A stretch of 64,000 nt of DNA from Bispira polyomma. Its lineage: Eukaryota. Below the pieces are notes generated by a model that saw nothing but the letters and a program-made list of their open reading frames with translations, made no database searches and was not told the origin of the DNA. Position 1 is the first letter of the stretch; each line of letters begins with the position of its first letter. The translations under genes and the position numbers were made by a program. The stretch spans positions 21,142,001 to 21,206,000 of the forward strand of contig OZ287756.1 in assembly GCA_965649765.1 (NCBI GenBank), in the 5' to 3' direction. Shown here one piece after another: positions 1-15,500 of the stretch.

Positions 1-484
1 TACTTACAGTCCAACCAGAATTCCATTATTGCATGGTTATGAGTTACAATAGCCTTGGAGATGCTGGGATTAGGAAATAGCTAGAAAGGAAAAGCCTTGT
101 TAAACAAATAAGTTTTCCACATGTTTAATACAAGGAAGTAAGTGAAAGAGCAAAACTTATATCCTGAGGTAAATGATTTCAAGATTCATGGACAGAAGAT
201 ACATAAGCAAGGATGTTTAAGAGTTAATATGCATGTCTTCTTGTGATTTGACAAGTATAATCAGACACATGAGGATAATTATATTGTGGAACCCACTAAA
301 TCTAAGAATTGGTCAACTAAACTAATACGAATAAATATTAGTTTTGTCTGTAGTATGGATACATAGCCTTGGTTTGTGGTACAAGTTGAAATTACTTTGA
401 CTTATAACTGCGGACCGCCACATTAAACCATACAATATTCTGCACTATTATCATAAAATATAATATTTTTTTCTAAAATTTCAG

Positions 485-594
485 AAATGGAATGATGTAT
501 ATCTGACCTGGGACCCTGGCGAATATGGAGGTGTTATCTCTGTACGATTGGAAACTGATCAAGTCTGGATACCTGACATCATGCTCTTCAACAC
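485..594 (+). CDS. Exon A (110 nt): [36 protein letters not shown](T), includes loop A
   Basis: tttcag| acceptor and |gttagt donor; canonical nAChR WxD..L.W.P..YGG and W.PDI.L.N motifs; not in ORF track. Confidence 0.95.
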
Positions 595-3500
595 GTTAGT
601 ATATTCATCTGCTAACAAATGCAGAATCATATTCTAAAATTTATTGCAATACATGTAATGGTTTTTCAGGGAACATCCAGTAAAACCAAACAACTGTTTA
701 ACAAAGCTCCCAAATACTTAGTCGGCTACTAACACAAAGCATCCAACTAATTAGTATACACGGGTGGTCACAATAGTGTCCGTGTCATAATAGTGTCCGT
801 ATTTTTTTAAAAAACTTACTGACGGAAATTAATCTTGAAAATACATGCTACTTTATGCCAATAAATTAAATTACAAAATACTATATTTTATTTTCGAAAA
901 TTCTACGTTTTATACTTTGAAATGTGCGTCGACCAATATTGTGACCCGGACACTATTGTGACCGCCTGTGTACTTGGTGTGGTCTTAGATAAATACTATG
1001 CCACCATAATCTAGAGATTTGACTATCAATGATGTGCTGTTTGTTCTTACTCCTTAGTAGGTGTTTTGAGATATGGTATAAAACCCCCTTCTGTGTCTCT
1101 CCTAAAAGGTAGGCCTAGGTAGGGTAATACTTAATCATGTAAGAATGATTTTTGTGAAACTGGGGCCTGTAGTCTTTTACTTAAGTATGAAAACAGAAAT
1201 ATACATGATTATCTAAAACTATGGCCCGGTGATGTATACCCTAGCTTTAAAGCAGAATGGTACATCTGTGATGTAGGTTTAATCCCAGGTGGACCAAGTT
1301 TTCTGTTTTCGACGAAGCTTTAACACGTTAAGGGACAGAGTAGTTACCATAAGCAAAACTCTTTTTACATTCTTTTCAATGGGAAATATACAGCAAAATT
1401 TTCAAATATTGATATTTAATTAATCAAGTATTTTTAGGTTGGCCATAAGTTATAATATTGTGTATGGCTATTGTATTAATCAATATAGAACCACAGACTA
1501 AATGGAAAGATGATATTTTTTGTTAAAAAGGTGTGATGTCAGATTTGTTGACTTTTGCATATGGTAACCGCTTTGCCATGTGTACCATCAAGAAAATCAA
1601 AACATTGTCGAGGAATGAAAACTTGGGCTAAATCCGAGGCTGCCTTGCTTCTCACAGAAAAAAATCAAAACCAAATTGTTTGAATATGCTCCACTTGGCA
1701 TTTTTGTAAATAGTTTAACCAAGACAGGAAATAATGCCACCTTTTTATTACCAATTCACCCTAATCATTACCCCAAAATTGACAGCAAAAATTATTTCCA
1801 ATATCCTGTATATGTAATGTCACTTGCATTGTGTCCTGTGCATATTTACCATTGTTATTATAATCCTTAAAAAAAAATCAAAGTTGAAATGTCATCTTTT
1901 ACAAGTGCTGTTTATATTTCTATTATACGTGCAGTTTCTCCTACTATAATCTAACACCACAAACAAAAAATATTTTCCAATAACACCATTCTAAACAAGT
2001 GACATTGTGGTCTCTTCCCTAAAGACACCAAACTAATCTTCTGCAGCTTGTATTTATGGGACACTTTTACTGTGTCTCACAGATTGTGTGGCCATAGTTG
2101 TTGATGGCATTTGAACCTTAATACAAACACCCACTGAGGCTATGATATATAAGCCATTGCGAGGCAAAACTTTAGACTTAAATTAAGCTACAGCTGAGGT
2201 AACAAAGGAATCTTTGCTCTCGGACATGGAAATATTATCCCTCTAATGTCACAATGCATTGACGTCTTTTCCTTGCTATGTTAAATAATTGGTATGTCAG
2301 CTTGTTATGGACTTGAAGCTCTATTATGGTGTGAGATAATGTTCGAGTTTGAGTTGTTTGCCTTGAACTGTAGAGTAAACCCAAAATATAACCTTCTCCC
2401 ATAAAGTTGTAATAAGGCCGAGACCTCTTTATCGGGAAACAGCAAAGTTTGGTGCTTTAAAGACACTTTGGCACCATTTGTTAGGATGCCCCAGTGGTTC
2501 TGATGGGAATGTTTTCGTCTCTAGTTGACTCAAATAAAAATGGTTGTTTGGTAGTTTGTAAAATACAGCCGCTAGCAAGGCCTTTAGAATAGCAAGTATT
2601 ATTTGACACTTGTCAGCTTCAGGAGGGATGGCATAATTGGTTTATAACAGAAAATAGAGAGTAAACAAGTGTTGTACTTTAAATTATCACTGAAGTTGTT
2701 GATCATGTGTGATGTCACTTCAAACTCTATTAAACCTGTTTTAATGGTGAAACAGTAGGAATTTATTTATTCTATTTTACTGAGATATAGTGCTGAATAT
2801 CAGATACGGTAGTAGTGAAAAGTTTAACTGGAATAATTTTTTAGTATTGGATATTTTGTACTTTTTTTTATGTTTTTATTTTTTTGGGGGATATTTTTTA
2901 CTTGATAGATTAAAACAATTCTAAGTTCACATTTTAAAAATTTGGTTATTCCCGGTAAAATCTTCACTTGTATAGTAGTAAAATATTGTCTATTTTTTTT
3001 TTTGTTCATCGTCAATAGGACCTATTTTTATGAAATCCCAGAACCATAGTATAGACTGTTGAACATTTTTTACAAAACTTATACTAAGGAGTGGGGATTT
3101 AAATTAATTGTTATATAGAGTAGCATCAGTGCATTATGATCTACTATTCTACATTCATGGAAATGCATAGTACACCATTTATGACAATTGGGGCCTGGAT
3201 GTATGGCTTTATAAAAAATAGGGCCTGGATGTTGTGCATGTCGTGCATAATTACACAATATAATTGTCCCACCAACACAAGGGTTCTCAGAGAGTAGAAC
3301 CCTGGATTTGTTTATTATAAGGCCCCAAACCCTCCCAGGTGAAACTTTTATCACCTTTATGGGTCACAGCCTCATTCAAAAAAGAATGTTATGAATTATA
3401 ATTATGATTTTTAAGTCATTTCAGTAAATCACTGCTTATATCTATACACATGGGGTACAATATTTGGGGTCAACTTGATATTTGATGTTCTATTTTAGCT

Positions 3501-6500
3501 AGACCTTGCTGTACATGTAGTAGATCTTCTGTGTCACCATAATGCTTGAGGCTATTGCATGTAATCATGAAATAAATATATTTCCCTTTGAACACAAGCC
3601 TACACTAGAAAACCCTTCTTCAATTATGGTTTAGGATAAACAGAGGAATCAATTGGAATTCATCCACTTTCTGTGTGATTTAGATTTAAATGATGTATGT
3701 GCTATTTCCCTGTCAGATGGTACTTTAAGGAAACAAACCAGAACAGTCATGAATATCTACATCTTGTGCTTTTGGTTTGCCAGTGAGAGAAAGAATAAAT
3801 CTATCCTGTCAAGTGCAAATGCTATTTGTATGTTGAACTTTCTGGGCTATAGCTTTGTAATGTAGAAACAATGAGACAAAGTACATTAACTTTTAACAAA
3901 CAAATTTATTGCCCTAACAATAATTCTCTAATCAATACCATCCGTAATATGAGCAGTATTTTTTTAAAGACTAATGTTTGCTTACAGTCCTAAAATTTGT
4001 GGAGAAGTATTCTGGACTATTATGTCTAACAACGCTAAACCTCAAAGTAGCATTAAGTACATTTCTTACACACTTTGTCTGCACCTCATTTTGTTAGATT
4101 TACATATTGCTAGTTACCTCCAAACACGTTTAAATATAGTCAAATAGTAAGCAACAGAAACACAGAAATATCTAAAGAAGTTATTAAAGTCATTAGATTC
4201 AAGTATAGCATGTAGCGTATAGCATGTAACGTGAAGAATGAGCCCAGTGATGGCAAGTAACTGCTCCAGCCCCTACTCTAAATAACATACAGCACCATGT
4301 TTTGTTCAATTTAGGTCAATGATATGGTACTTATAAGAGAACATATGTTTAGTCATGATCTGAAAGTCAGCAATGTTACCACACATAATGCTCTAGTAGT
4401 GGCAGACCAATTAACTCCTGTGTACCACACAATCGAAAACCAGCCAGATTGAGACACTAAATATAATAAGAATAAGCCGTGGGCTTTATGGCCATTTGAA
4501 GTGATGATGGCAAAGGCTCTGCAAACCAATGTATATATTTATATACAGTAAAATTATATTATAGGGCACAAAACAGGTTGCAGGACATGAAAGGAAAATG
4601 CTTTTAGTGAAGAGTGTCTTGAACCATTGATAGCAAGGTCCCTGCAAACCAATGTATATATTTATATATAAAGACAGTAAATTTATAATATGAGGATGTT
4701 ACTGTTTGCCAATGGACATTGTACCTAGGAATACAATGATGTGTAGACTACTAATCGATGGACATCATTGTAAATCGGCTAAATGTTCATCTTCAGTAAA
4801 TAAAATTGTGTTTTTTTGACAGAAAATTAACTATTTAGACATGTTGTCAATGCAAATGTATGGTCTTCACTAAACTACCACCAGTCCTGGAATGACAATA
4901 AATAGGTATGATTAAACACCATGTCAAGAAAAATAAAATAACATTTTTTTGTTTATATTTGTATTATTTCATAGCAAGAAAAACTCCGGACATTGTTTTG
5001 CAAGGACCAATGATTAAGCTAACACTGGCTTCTCCAGTTCAGTTTTGGTCTCTACTCTCTGTGTTCATATAACTTATTTCTGCATTACTTGGCATTGCTT
5101 TCGCGTACTGAAAGTGCCTCAAAATAACACTCTGTCCTCAATTGATCATCAAAACCACTATAGTCAAGGGAATAATATATATACAGTTATTCAGGCCACC
5201 ATTCTCTCAAAGAAGCGTCATATTGTATCTGCAACATGAGCCCCTTTAATTATTATGTTTCTTTTTGTGTGACAGATAGATGACAGACAGAAGCTTTAAA
5301 GTTGTTATTTAATTTGTTGATAACAGAAGAAATGTATCTCAAAAATCTACACAGTTATGAAGAAAGCTAAATACATTTTCCACAAATTGCACAAATATAC
5401 ATACCCAGAATTTGGTTGTGTCTGCATCGAATTAATTTAGGTGAATTATAGTCCAATTTTTACATAGAATTAATTAATATGGGAGTTGTTTTATTGAGAA
5501 CCTGAACAGAGAAATAGTGAAAGAAACAGTACAAGGCAGTACTAGTGTCCATGAAATTTTGTTGGTTCTTACTCCTTAGCAGGTACTTTCCGATACAGCA
5601 TAAAAACCCTTTCTGTGGCTTTTATAAAGGTATGAGTTAATAGGATAATACTTAATCATTTTAGAAGGATTTTTGTGAAACTAGGGCCGGTAGTCTTTTA
5701 CTTAAGTAAAAAACAAAAATATTCCTGATTACCTAAAACTATGGCCTGGTGATGTATACCCCACCTTCAAATCAGAAGGGTAAGTCAATACATATGTTAG
5801 TACAACTGTGATCTAGGTTCAATTACAGAAACATCTTAGGTAATCAGGAAAGTAATTCATTTACAGATTTTATTTTCCTTATAATGTTATTGTGGGTTTT
5901 GATAAAATAAAAGTAAAGAAATCGATGTAAGATATATATGCGTACATGTATTTTAAAGTGATTCTTCTCTAAAATAGTTGATGAAACTTCATCCATGAGA
6001 TAAGAAAGTTTATGTTATTTTATATTTTTGTGTGACAGATTCAAACAAGTTACATTCTATTCTACTCTAAATTCACATTCATCATGCCAACATTTATACT
6101 AATCCACCCCAAAATTACACTAAAATTGAAAAAATAAAATCCTGTATATGTAATGTCACTTGCATTGTGTCCTATGCATATTTATCATCATTATTAAAAT
6201 CCTAAAAAAAAACAAATCAAAATTAAAATGTCATCTTTTAGAAGTACAGTTTATATTTCTATTATAAGTGCAGTGTCTCCTACTCTAATCTGACACCACA
6301 AACAAAAAATATTTTCCAATAACACCATTCTAAACCAGTGACATTGTGATCTCTTCCCTAAAGACACCAAACTAATCTTCTGCAGTTTGTATTTATGGGA
6401 CACTTTTACTGTGTCGTACAGATTGTGTGGCCCTAGTTGTTCATGGCATTTGAACCTTAGTACAAACACCCACTGAGGCTGTAATATATAAACCATTGCA

Positions 6501-9500
6501 AGGCCAAACTTCAGACTTAAATTAAGCTACAGCTGAGGTACCAAAGGAATCTTTGCTCTAGGATATGAAAATGTTATCCCTCTAATGTCACAATGCATTG
6601 ACGTCTTTTCCTTGCTATGTTAAATAACTGGTATGTCAGCTTGTTATAGATTTGAAGTTCTATTATTGTGTGAGATAATGTTCGAGTTTGAGTTGTTTGC
6701 CTTGAACTGTAGAGTAAACCCAAAATATAGCCTTCTCCCATAAAGTTGTAATAAGGCCGAGTCTTCTTTATCAGGAAACAGCAAATTTTGGTGCTTTAAA
6801 GGCACTTTGGCACCATTTGTTAGGATGCCCCAATGATTCAGATGGGAATGTTTTCGTCTCTAGTAGACTCAATTAAATGAAAATGGTTCTTTGGCAGTTT
6901 GTAAAATATAGCCACTAGCAAGGCCTTTAGAATAGCAAGTATTACTTGACACTTGTTAGCTTCGGGAGGGATGACATAATTGGTTTATAACAGAAAATAG
7001 CTAGTAAACAAGTGTTGTACTCTAAATTATCACTAAAGATGTTGATCATGTGTGATGTCACTTCAAACTCTATTAAACCTATTTTAACGGTGAAACAGTG
7101 AGAATTTATTTATTCTATTTGACTGAGATATAGTGCTGAATATCAGATATGGTAGTAGTGAAAAGTTTAACTGGAATAATTTTTTAGTATTGGATATTTT
7201 TTACTTGATAGATTAAAACAATTCTAAGTTCACATTTTAAAAATTTGGTTATTCCCAGTAAAATCTTCACTTGTATAGTAATAAAACGTTTTCTATTTTT
7301 TTTTGTTCATCGTCAATTGGACCTATTTTTACAAAATCCCAGAACCATAGTATAGACTGTTAAACTTTTTTACAAAACTTGTACTAAAGAGTGGGGACTT
7401 AAATTAATTGTTGTATAGAGTAGCATCAGTGCATTATGGTCTACTATTCTACCTTCATGGAAATGCAAAGTACACCATTTATGACAATTGGGGCGTGGAT
7501 GTATGGCTTTGTAAAAATTAGGGCCTGGATGTTGTGCATAATTATATGACACAATATAATTGTCCCACCAACACAAGGGTTCTCAGAGAGTAGAACAGCC
7601 TTATTCAAAAAGAATGTCATGAATTATAATTATGATTTTTAAGTCATTTCAGTAAATCACTGCTTATATCTACACACATTGGGTACAATATTTGGGGTCA
7701 ACTTGATATTTGATGTTCTATTCTAGCTAGACCTTACTGTAACTGTAGTAGATCTTCTGTGTCACCATAATGCTTTAGACTATTGCATGTAATCATGGAA
7801 TAAATGTCTTTCCCTTTTGAACACAAGCCTACACTAGAAAACCTTCCTTCAATTACAGTTTAGGATAAACAGAGGAATCAATTGGAATTCATCTACTTTC
7901 TGTGTGATTTAGATTTAAATGATGTATGTGCTATTTCCCTGTCAGATGGTACTTTAAGGAAACAAACCAAAACAGTCATGAATATCTTCTTGCACTTTTG
8001 GTTTGCCAGTGAGAGAAAGAATAAATCTATCCTGCCAAGTGCAAATGCTGTTTGTATGTTGAACTTTCTGGGCTATAGCTTTGTAATGTAGAAACAATGA
8101 GACAATGTACATTAACTTTTAACAAACAAATTTGTTGCTCTAACAATAATCTCTAATCAATACCATCCGTAATGTGGGCAGTATTTTTCTTTTTAAAGAC
8201 TAATGTTTGCTTAAAGTCCTAAGCTTTTGTGGAGAAGTATTCTGGACTCTTATGTCTAACAACGCTAAACCTCAAAGTAGCATTAAGTACATTTGTTACA
8301 CACTTCGTCTGCACCTCATTTTGTTAGACTTACATATTACTAGTTATCTCCAAACAAGTTTAAATATAGTCAAATAGTAAACAACAGAAATATCTAAAGA
8401 AGTTATTAAGGTTATTAGATCCAAGTATAGCATATATCGTGAAGAATGAGCCCAGTGATGGCAAGTAATTGCTCCAGCCCCTACTCTAAATAACATACAG
8501 CACCGTGTTTTGTTCTATTTAGGTCGATGATATGGTACTTATAAGAGAACATATGTTTAGTCATGATCTGAAAGTCAGCAATATTACCACACATAATGGT
8601 CTAGAAGTGGCAGACCAATTAACGCCTCTGTACCAATCGAAAACCAGCCAGACACTAAATATCTCTTTGAATGAATATCTATTTCAAACACACTTTCGAT
8701 GATGCAAAACATCATTATAGAGTATCAAGTTGTTTGTGTTTGCTTTAGTGTTACATCTATATTTGCAATTATTTACAAGGCGGGTGTCTATTGGTACATA
8801 GGCGTTAATTGGTCTGTCATATTCTATAATATGTGCCTTCAATCTTTTAAACTAGATATAAACCCAATTGACCAGTAATATAGATAGAGACCGTAACATA
8901 TAATGTACACTAATGTTCCTAAAGTATAATTATGTCTATGTAACAATGCCAAGTCATGTGTATCAGAAACCGTGTGATAATAATGTTTTATCAGGACCCT
9001 GTGACATAAAACAGGTTACAGGGCATGAAAGAAAAATGCTTTTAGTAAAGAGTGTCCTGAACTTATAAGCTCAGAACATATTAAATGGTACAAGGATGCA
9101 GGCGTTATGACCATGAGAAGTGATTGTGGCAAACGCTCTGATATGTAATGCAAACAAATGTATATATTTATATATAAAGACAGTAAAATTATTATATTGG
9201 GATGTCACTCTTTGCCAATGAACATCGTACCTAGAAATACGATTACGTGTAGACTGCTAATAGATGGACATATCAACAAACAACTTGATGTTCTATTAGA
9301 CATAGTTTTTCATTTTCTCAATGCAAATGTATGGTCTTAACTAATCTGCCATCAGTCCTGGGACGCCAATAAATAAGAATGATTAAACACCATGTGAAGA
9401 AAAATAGAATTACATTTTTTAATGTTTATATTTCTATGATCTCAAAGCAGGAAAAAGCCTGGACAATTTTTTGCAGGGGCCAATGATTAAGCTGTCTCTG

Positions 9501-12500
9501 GCTTCTCCAGTTCAGATTCTTCATCTTGGACAAATTGGCTGTAAGACTTATTGCTGCAAGATATTACCTATTAAAATCACATCCTTCATGGTCCACTCAA
9601 TGCATAGCAGCACAAGGCAACCACTGTTCTGAGGATATAATGTCACAAAAATAAGCATTGTCATCAGTAATAGAGCTGTCAACCATCAGATCATGTTTCA
9701 AATACGCAGTACAAAAGCTAATTGAAGCAAGTATGGCCATTACTGAATTGTTTTGGTCTCTACTCTCTGTGTTCATATAACTTATTTCTGTATTACTTGG
9801 TATTGCTTTCGTGTGCTGAAAGTGCCTCAGATTAACAATCTGTCCTCAATTGATTACAACCACTATAGTTCAGGGAATAATATATATACAGTTATTCAGG
9901 CCAGCATTCTCTAAAAGAAGCCTCATATTATATCTGGAACATAAGCCCCTTTAATTATTATGTTTCTTTTTGTGTGACAGATAGATGACAGACTGAAGCT
10001 TTAAAGTTGTTATTTAATTTGTTCACAACAGAAGAAATGTATCTCAAAAAGTCTACACAGTTATGAAAAAAGCTAAATAAGTTTTCCACCAATTGCACAT
10101 ATTATACAAACCCATAATTTGGTTGTGTCTGCATCAAATTAATTTAGGTGAATTATAGTCTAATTTTTACCTAGAATTAAACAATATGGGAGTTGTTTTA
10201 ATGAGAACCTGAACAGAGAAATAGTAAAACAAACAGTACAAGACAGTACTACTATCCATGAAATGTTGTTGGTTCTTACTCCTTAGCAGGTACTTTGCGA
10301 TACAATATAAAAACCCTTTCTGTGGTTTTTATAAAGGTATGAGTTAATAAGATAATACTTAATCATTTAAGAAGGATTTTTGTGAAACTGGGGCCTGTAG
10401 TCTTTTACTAAAGTATGAAACAGAAATATTCCTGATTACCTAAAACTATGGCCTGGTGATGTATATCCCACCTTCAAATCAGAAGGGTAAGTCAATACAT
10501 ATGTTAGTACAACTATGATCTAGGTTCAATTACAGAAACATCTAAGGTAGTCAGAAAAGTAATTCATTTACAGATTTTATTTTCCTTATAATGTTATTGT
10601 GGGTTTTAATAAAATGAAACTTCATCCATGCATAAGTAAGAAAGTTTATGTTACTTTGTACTTTCTGTGACAGATTCAAACAAGTTACATTCTATTTCTA
10701 CTCTAAATTCACATTCATCATACCAACATTATTACTAAGCCACACCAAAATTACACTAAAATTGAAAAAATAAAATCCTGTATATGTAATGTCACTTGCA
10801 TTGTGTCCTATGCATATTGATCATTGTTATTATAATCCAAAAATAAATAAATCAAAATTGAAATGTCAATCTGTTAAAAGTACAGTTTATATTTGTATTA
10901 TAAGTGCAGTGTCTCCTACTCTAATCTGACACCACAAACAAAAAATATTTGCCATAAACACCATTCTAAACCAGTGACATTGTGGTGTCTTCCCTAAAGA
11001 CACCAAACTAATTTTTTGCAGATTGTATTTATGGGACACTTTTGCTGTGTCTCACAGATTGTGTGGAACTAGATGTTCATGCCATTTGAACTTTATTACA
11101 AACACACACTGAGGCTGTGATATTTAAGCTATTGAGAGGCCACAATTTAGACTTCAATTAAGCTACAGCTGGGGTAAATCTTTGCTCTAGGACATAGAAA
11201 TATTATCCCTCCAATGTCAGAATGCATTGACACCTTTTCCTTTCTATGCTAAATAACTAGTATGTCAGCTTGTTATAGATTTGAAGTTCTATTATGGTGT
11301 GAGATAATCTTCGAGTTTGAGTTGTTTGCCTTGAACTGTAGAGTAAACCTAAAATATAGCCTTCTCCCATAATGTTGTAATAAGACTGAGACCTCTTTAT
11401 CAGGAAACTGCAAAGTTTAGTGCTTTAAAGTCTGACACTTTGGCACCATTTGTTAGGACGCCCCAGTGATTCTGATGGGAGGGTTTTGTCTCTAGTAGAC
11501 TCAATTAAATGAAAATGGTTCTTTGGCAGTTTGTAGAATGTAGCCGCTAGCAAGGCCTTTTGAGTAGCAAGTATTATTTGACACATGTCAGCTGTGGGAG
11601 GGAAGGCATTTTTTCATAACAAAAATATAGATTAAACAAGTGTTGTACTTATGGTTATTAATGACGATGTAGCTCATTGGTAATGCTAGTTACAACTCTA
11701 TTAAACTTGTCTATTTTATATTCGCAAGATTTACTGATACATATCAGATACAGTAATAACTGTAATTTTGGAAAGATTTTAGTATTGCATATTTTTTTAC
11801 TTCATATTTCAAAACAATTTTAATTTTCCCATTTTTCAAATTTGGCATTCCCAGTAAAACGGTTCACTTATATTAGTTAAATATTTTCTTTTAATCATTT
11901 TTGGTCATCGTAAGACCAATTTTACTAAAGAGTAGGGACTTGCAATAATTGTTAAAAAGGGTACAATCAGTGCATTATAGTCTACCATAAAGACCGAAAG
12001 TGCGCATCCATCAAAAAAACCATCAATTTGCAATTTGTAGCTATACTTTATCTTGGATAATAAAGTAAGGAAGTGATACGACAATAGTTCACAGTATGTT
12101 GGAAAATATCATATTATATGCTTTATAATACAATGCCTTCATAATAGTAATAAAGTCCTCGAGCTTGTACTTTTCTTGCGTTTAGAGTGAAGGACGGTCT
12201 TCCGTCACAATTGACTCAGGCCTATCGGACCCCGTCTATTATTCCTTTGGTAAAGCTGCAATTCAGTCTAATCGACAATAAAAAAGTATGCATTCACGGA
12301 CTTTATTTCTACAGTTATTTCTACTAGTTTTCATGGAAATACATGGTACACCATTTGTACCAATTGGGGCCTGGATGTATGACTTTGTAAAAATTGGGGC
12401 CTGGAGGTCGTGCATATTTATATAATTGTCCTACCAACACAAGGGTTCCCACAGACTAGAACCCTAGATTTGTATATTTCCAGGCCCCTACCGGTATCAA

Positions 12501-15500
12501 TTATAATTATGATTTTAAAGTTATTTCAGTATATCGCTGCTTTTATCCATATACATGCGGTACAATATTTGGAGTCAACTTTATCTTTGATATTCTATTC
12601 AACTATACCTTTGTGTAAAAGTAGCAGATCTTCTGTGTCACCATAACGCTTGAGCCCATTGATTGCAATCATGATATATAAATGTATTTCCTTTTTGAAC
12701 AGAAAGCCAACACTAGAAAACCCTTCTTCCGTTTCAGTTCAGGATAAACACTGAAATCAATTGCAATTCATCCACTCACTGTGTGATTTAGATTTAAATG
12801 ATGTATGTGTTATTTCCCTGTAAGATGTGACTTCCAGGAACAAAACCCTTTAGCAGTCATGAATACTTGTGTGTATTACCACTATAAGTTAATCCTTCTT
12901 ATCTTCCCCCACAAAGTAAACTATTATCACTAAAGTAGGATAAATAAAGACTTAACATCTTTACTGGTTTCATGCACACTTGAGTTCAGGTGCCTGTGAT
13001 GAGATTTTTGCACCCATCCTTTTAAGAATGTGACTCCAGAGTTATACATTCTTGACCTAGATTACTTAAAATATATTGGATGCTGCCCAGTGTAAATGCT
13101 ATTTTTACATTATTTTTATTAAAATTTTTGTGTTATATTTGTAATATAGAAAAAAGACAATGTGCATTTACTTTTAGCATACAAAATTATTGCCAGTAAT
13201 ACTAGGCCCATGGTTGCTTTCTATGGTAAAAGTTTTGACAGATACATACCATAGGTCGGTAGTTTACAGTGCTTTATACTTGTTTCTTCCACCATTAAAT
13301 CTGGCAGTCTCACTATGATCTACACTTTTTTGAGGATAAAGATTTTTAAAGACATTTCTCAAAATTATGTAAAATTCGATAACAAACCTGAAAATGTCTA
13401 AGGAAAAATTGGAAGTAAGCTCTAATTGTGAGCAGAGATGATTAGCTTTACAAGCAAGATGGTCCTAGCTATGATAAGCCATCTACTTTGAAATGATACA
13501 CATGTACATGAAATCAAAGGTCTTAGTCTCTGTTGGGTGTTAATGACAAGGTGACAGTTGCGCCTATACTGTAATTTAAAGAGGAAGCCCCATAGTATGA
13601 CCTGGAGCCAAAGCCCCTTTTCCATTAATTTTGTGTGACCGACAGATGACAGACGGAAGCATTATAGTGGTTTTTTTAATTAACTCATAACAGTAAAAAG
13701 TGTGACAAAATGTCTGCAGTAATTAGGAAGAAAGCGATTAGAAAGTTTTCCATCAATACCATAGATATGTGTTTGTACCAAATTGATTTACCTGAATCGT
13801 TTTGTCCTTTATTATAGATTTTCCCCTGGAATTAGATAATATGAAAGTTGTTTCAGTGAGAACTTGAACAGACAAGTAGTAAAACAAGTAGTACAAACCA
13901 CACTGTAGTACATTTAGCATCAAATATACTGTACAAATTGATCATTTTCATTTTTTTTAAATGAGAATTTCACTGAAAGTAATGTTCATTGTAAGTCCAT
14001 TTTTACTTAAAACATAAATACAGAATTAATATTTTTAATGAGAATTAATTTTCATGATGAAAGCCCAATAGTTAAAACAGGTAAAATAACGTCCCAGTGA
14101 AAATGTCCACTTATGTCTACAGTATTAGAAAAACTCTTCTGAGGTCAATACTATAAATTACTTGTGTATATAGTAATCAAGAAACTATAGACGAAGAAAG
14201 GAAAACTAGGCCATTAGCTGAAAGCTTGTCTCCCCCAGATCAGCGGCAGTGATGGACATCAAACTTATTACAAATCAGATTATTGCCGAAAGATGTACTT
14301 TCACTAAGTAATTCCATGCCGGATACAAAGTAACCTAAATGCCTTGTACAAAGGACATCTAAAGAGAAAAGCTCACTTTTATATCTTCCGGTGAACCCCA
14401 CATGGCTGCCAGATTTAATAAAAGCTAAAATCCCATCTATAGACAGGCATCTAGGCACAAAGCTCTTTGTTCACTTAAAGTGTCAGGGTATGAATATCCA
14501 GAAGCCATTTATATCCTGTAAGCCACAAACTATGAACATTAGATTAGATTAACGTTGCTTTCAACACGCTTGTGTAATATCATAATGGGCAGTTCATTGG
14601 TGCAGGAAATGCAAACAGGGTAGTTGGTCAAGGTTTTCTGCACAATAATGATATTTGCCTGCATGTATACGTTCTTTAGCTCTATCAAAATGACTGGTAC
14701 CATGGTAAATCTAATGGTTCAAACCCCACCAACAGTGCACAATGATGATATTTGCCTGCATGTTAGGTTCTTTAGCTCTAGCTCTATTAAAATGACTGGT
14801 GCCATAGTAAATCGAATGCTAAAGAAGTCTACATATGTAGTACTTGAGATTAGGTATGGTTTCAGGGGCAACTTTATGACCCATCTCGTCACCCTCACTT
14901 AACCTTCATAGACATCTTTCTCCTCCACGTCACCTGCTGATCAAGAATTTTGCATCAGATACCGACTACAATTGTAACAACTTTGTCAATGATATTGTGC
15001 TTTAGAAGATGTCTTGCATCAATTACACACGTTAAAAACCTATTGTAGCATAAGTACGAGAAGACTAACAGTTTGAAAGTCTTTAAAGCGAATTGTGTCT
15101 ATTTTCAACTGAGCAGACACTCCTCTGTACTATAAGGAACAGGGTCTCATATTCCACAAAGAAACTTAAGCTTAAACTCAACTCAACGAGAGAGCTATCC
15201 ATAACTCATGTATATAGAAAGAAACTCTACTTGTGACCATTCATTAGCTTAATCTATCTAATACCACCAATGACAAAGTCATTATAATGACCAGGTTTTT
15301 TTTACACTTGGAGTCAGCTTTTTGACTATTTTGTTAATTCCCTACTAGGTTTTTAGTCAATATTGTCACATAAGTGGCAATTATTACATAACGAAGGTAT
15401 TTCATTTTTTCTGCAGAATTTATTTTCCTTAATTTATATGTAAACTGTAAAATATACATGTAAAAGTATGTAGTTCTATCATAAATAATCCTATATTCCA

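Noticed and set aside
5-45. ttacag followed by SNQNSIIAWL, resembling the short upstream nAChR exon (..NQ.....WL)
   Set aside because: In-frame TGA follows immediately and there is no suitable donor; the true exon must lie upstream of the window
3653-8091. Near-identical ORFs 3653..3865 and 7882..8091 (also 3079/7370) suggesting a small gene family
   Set aside because: They are by-products of the tandem array, start at non-ATG codons and have no recognisable motifs
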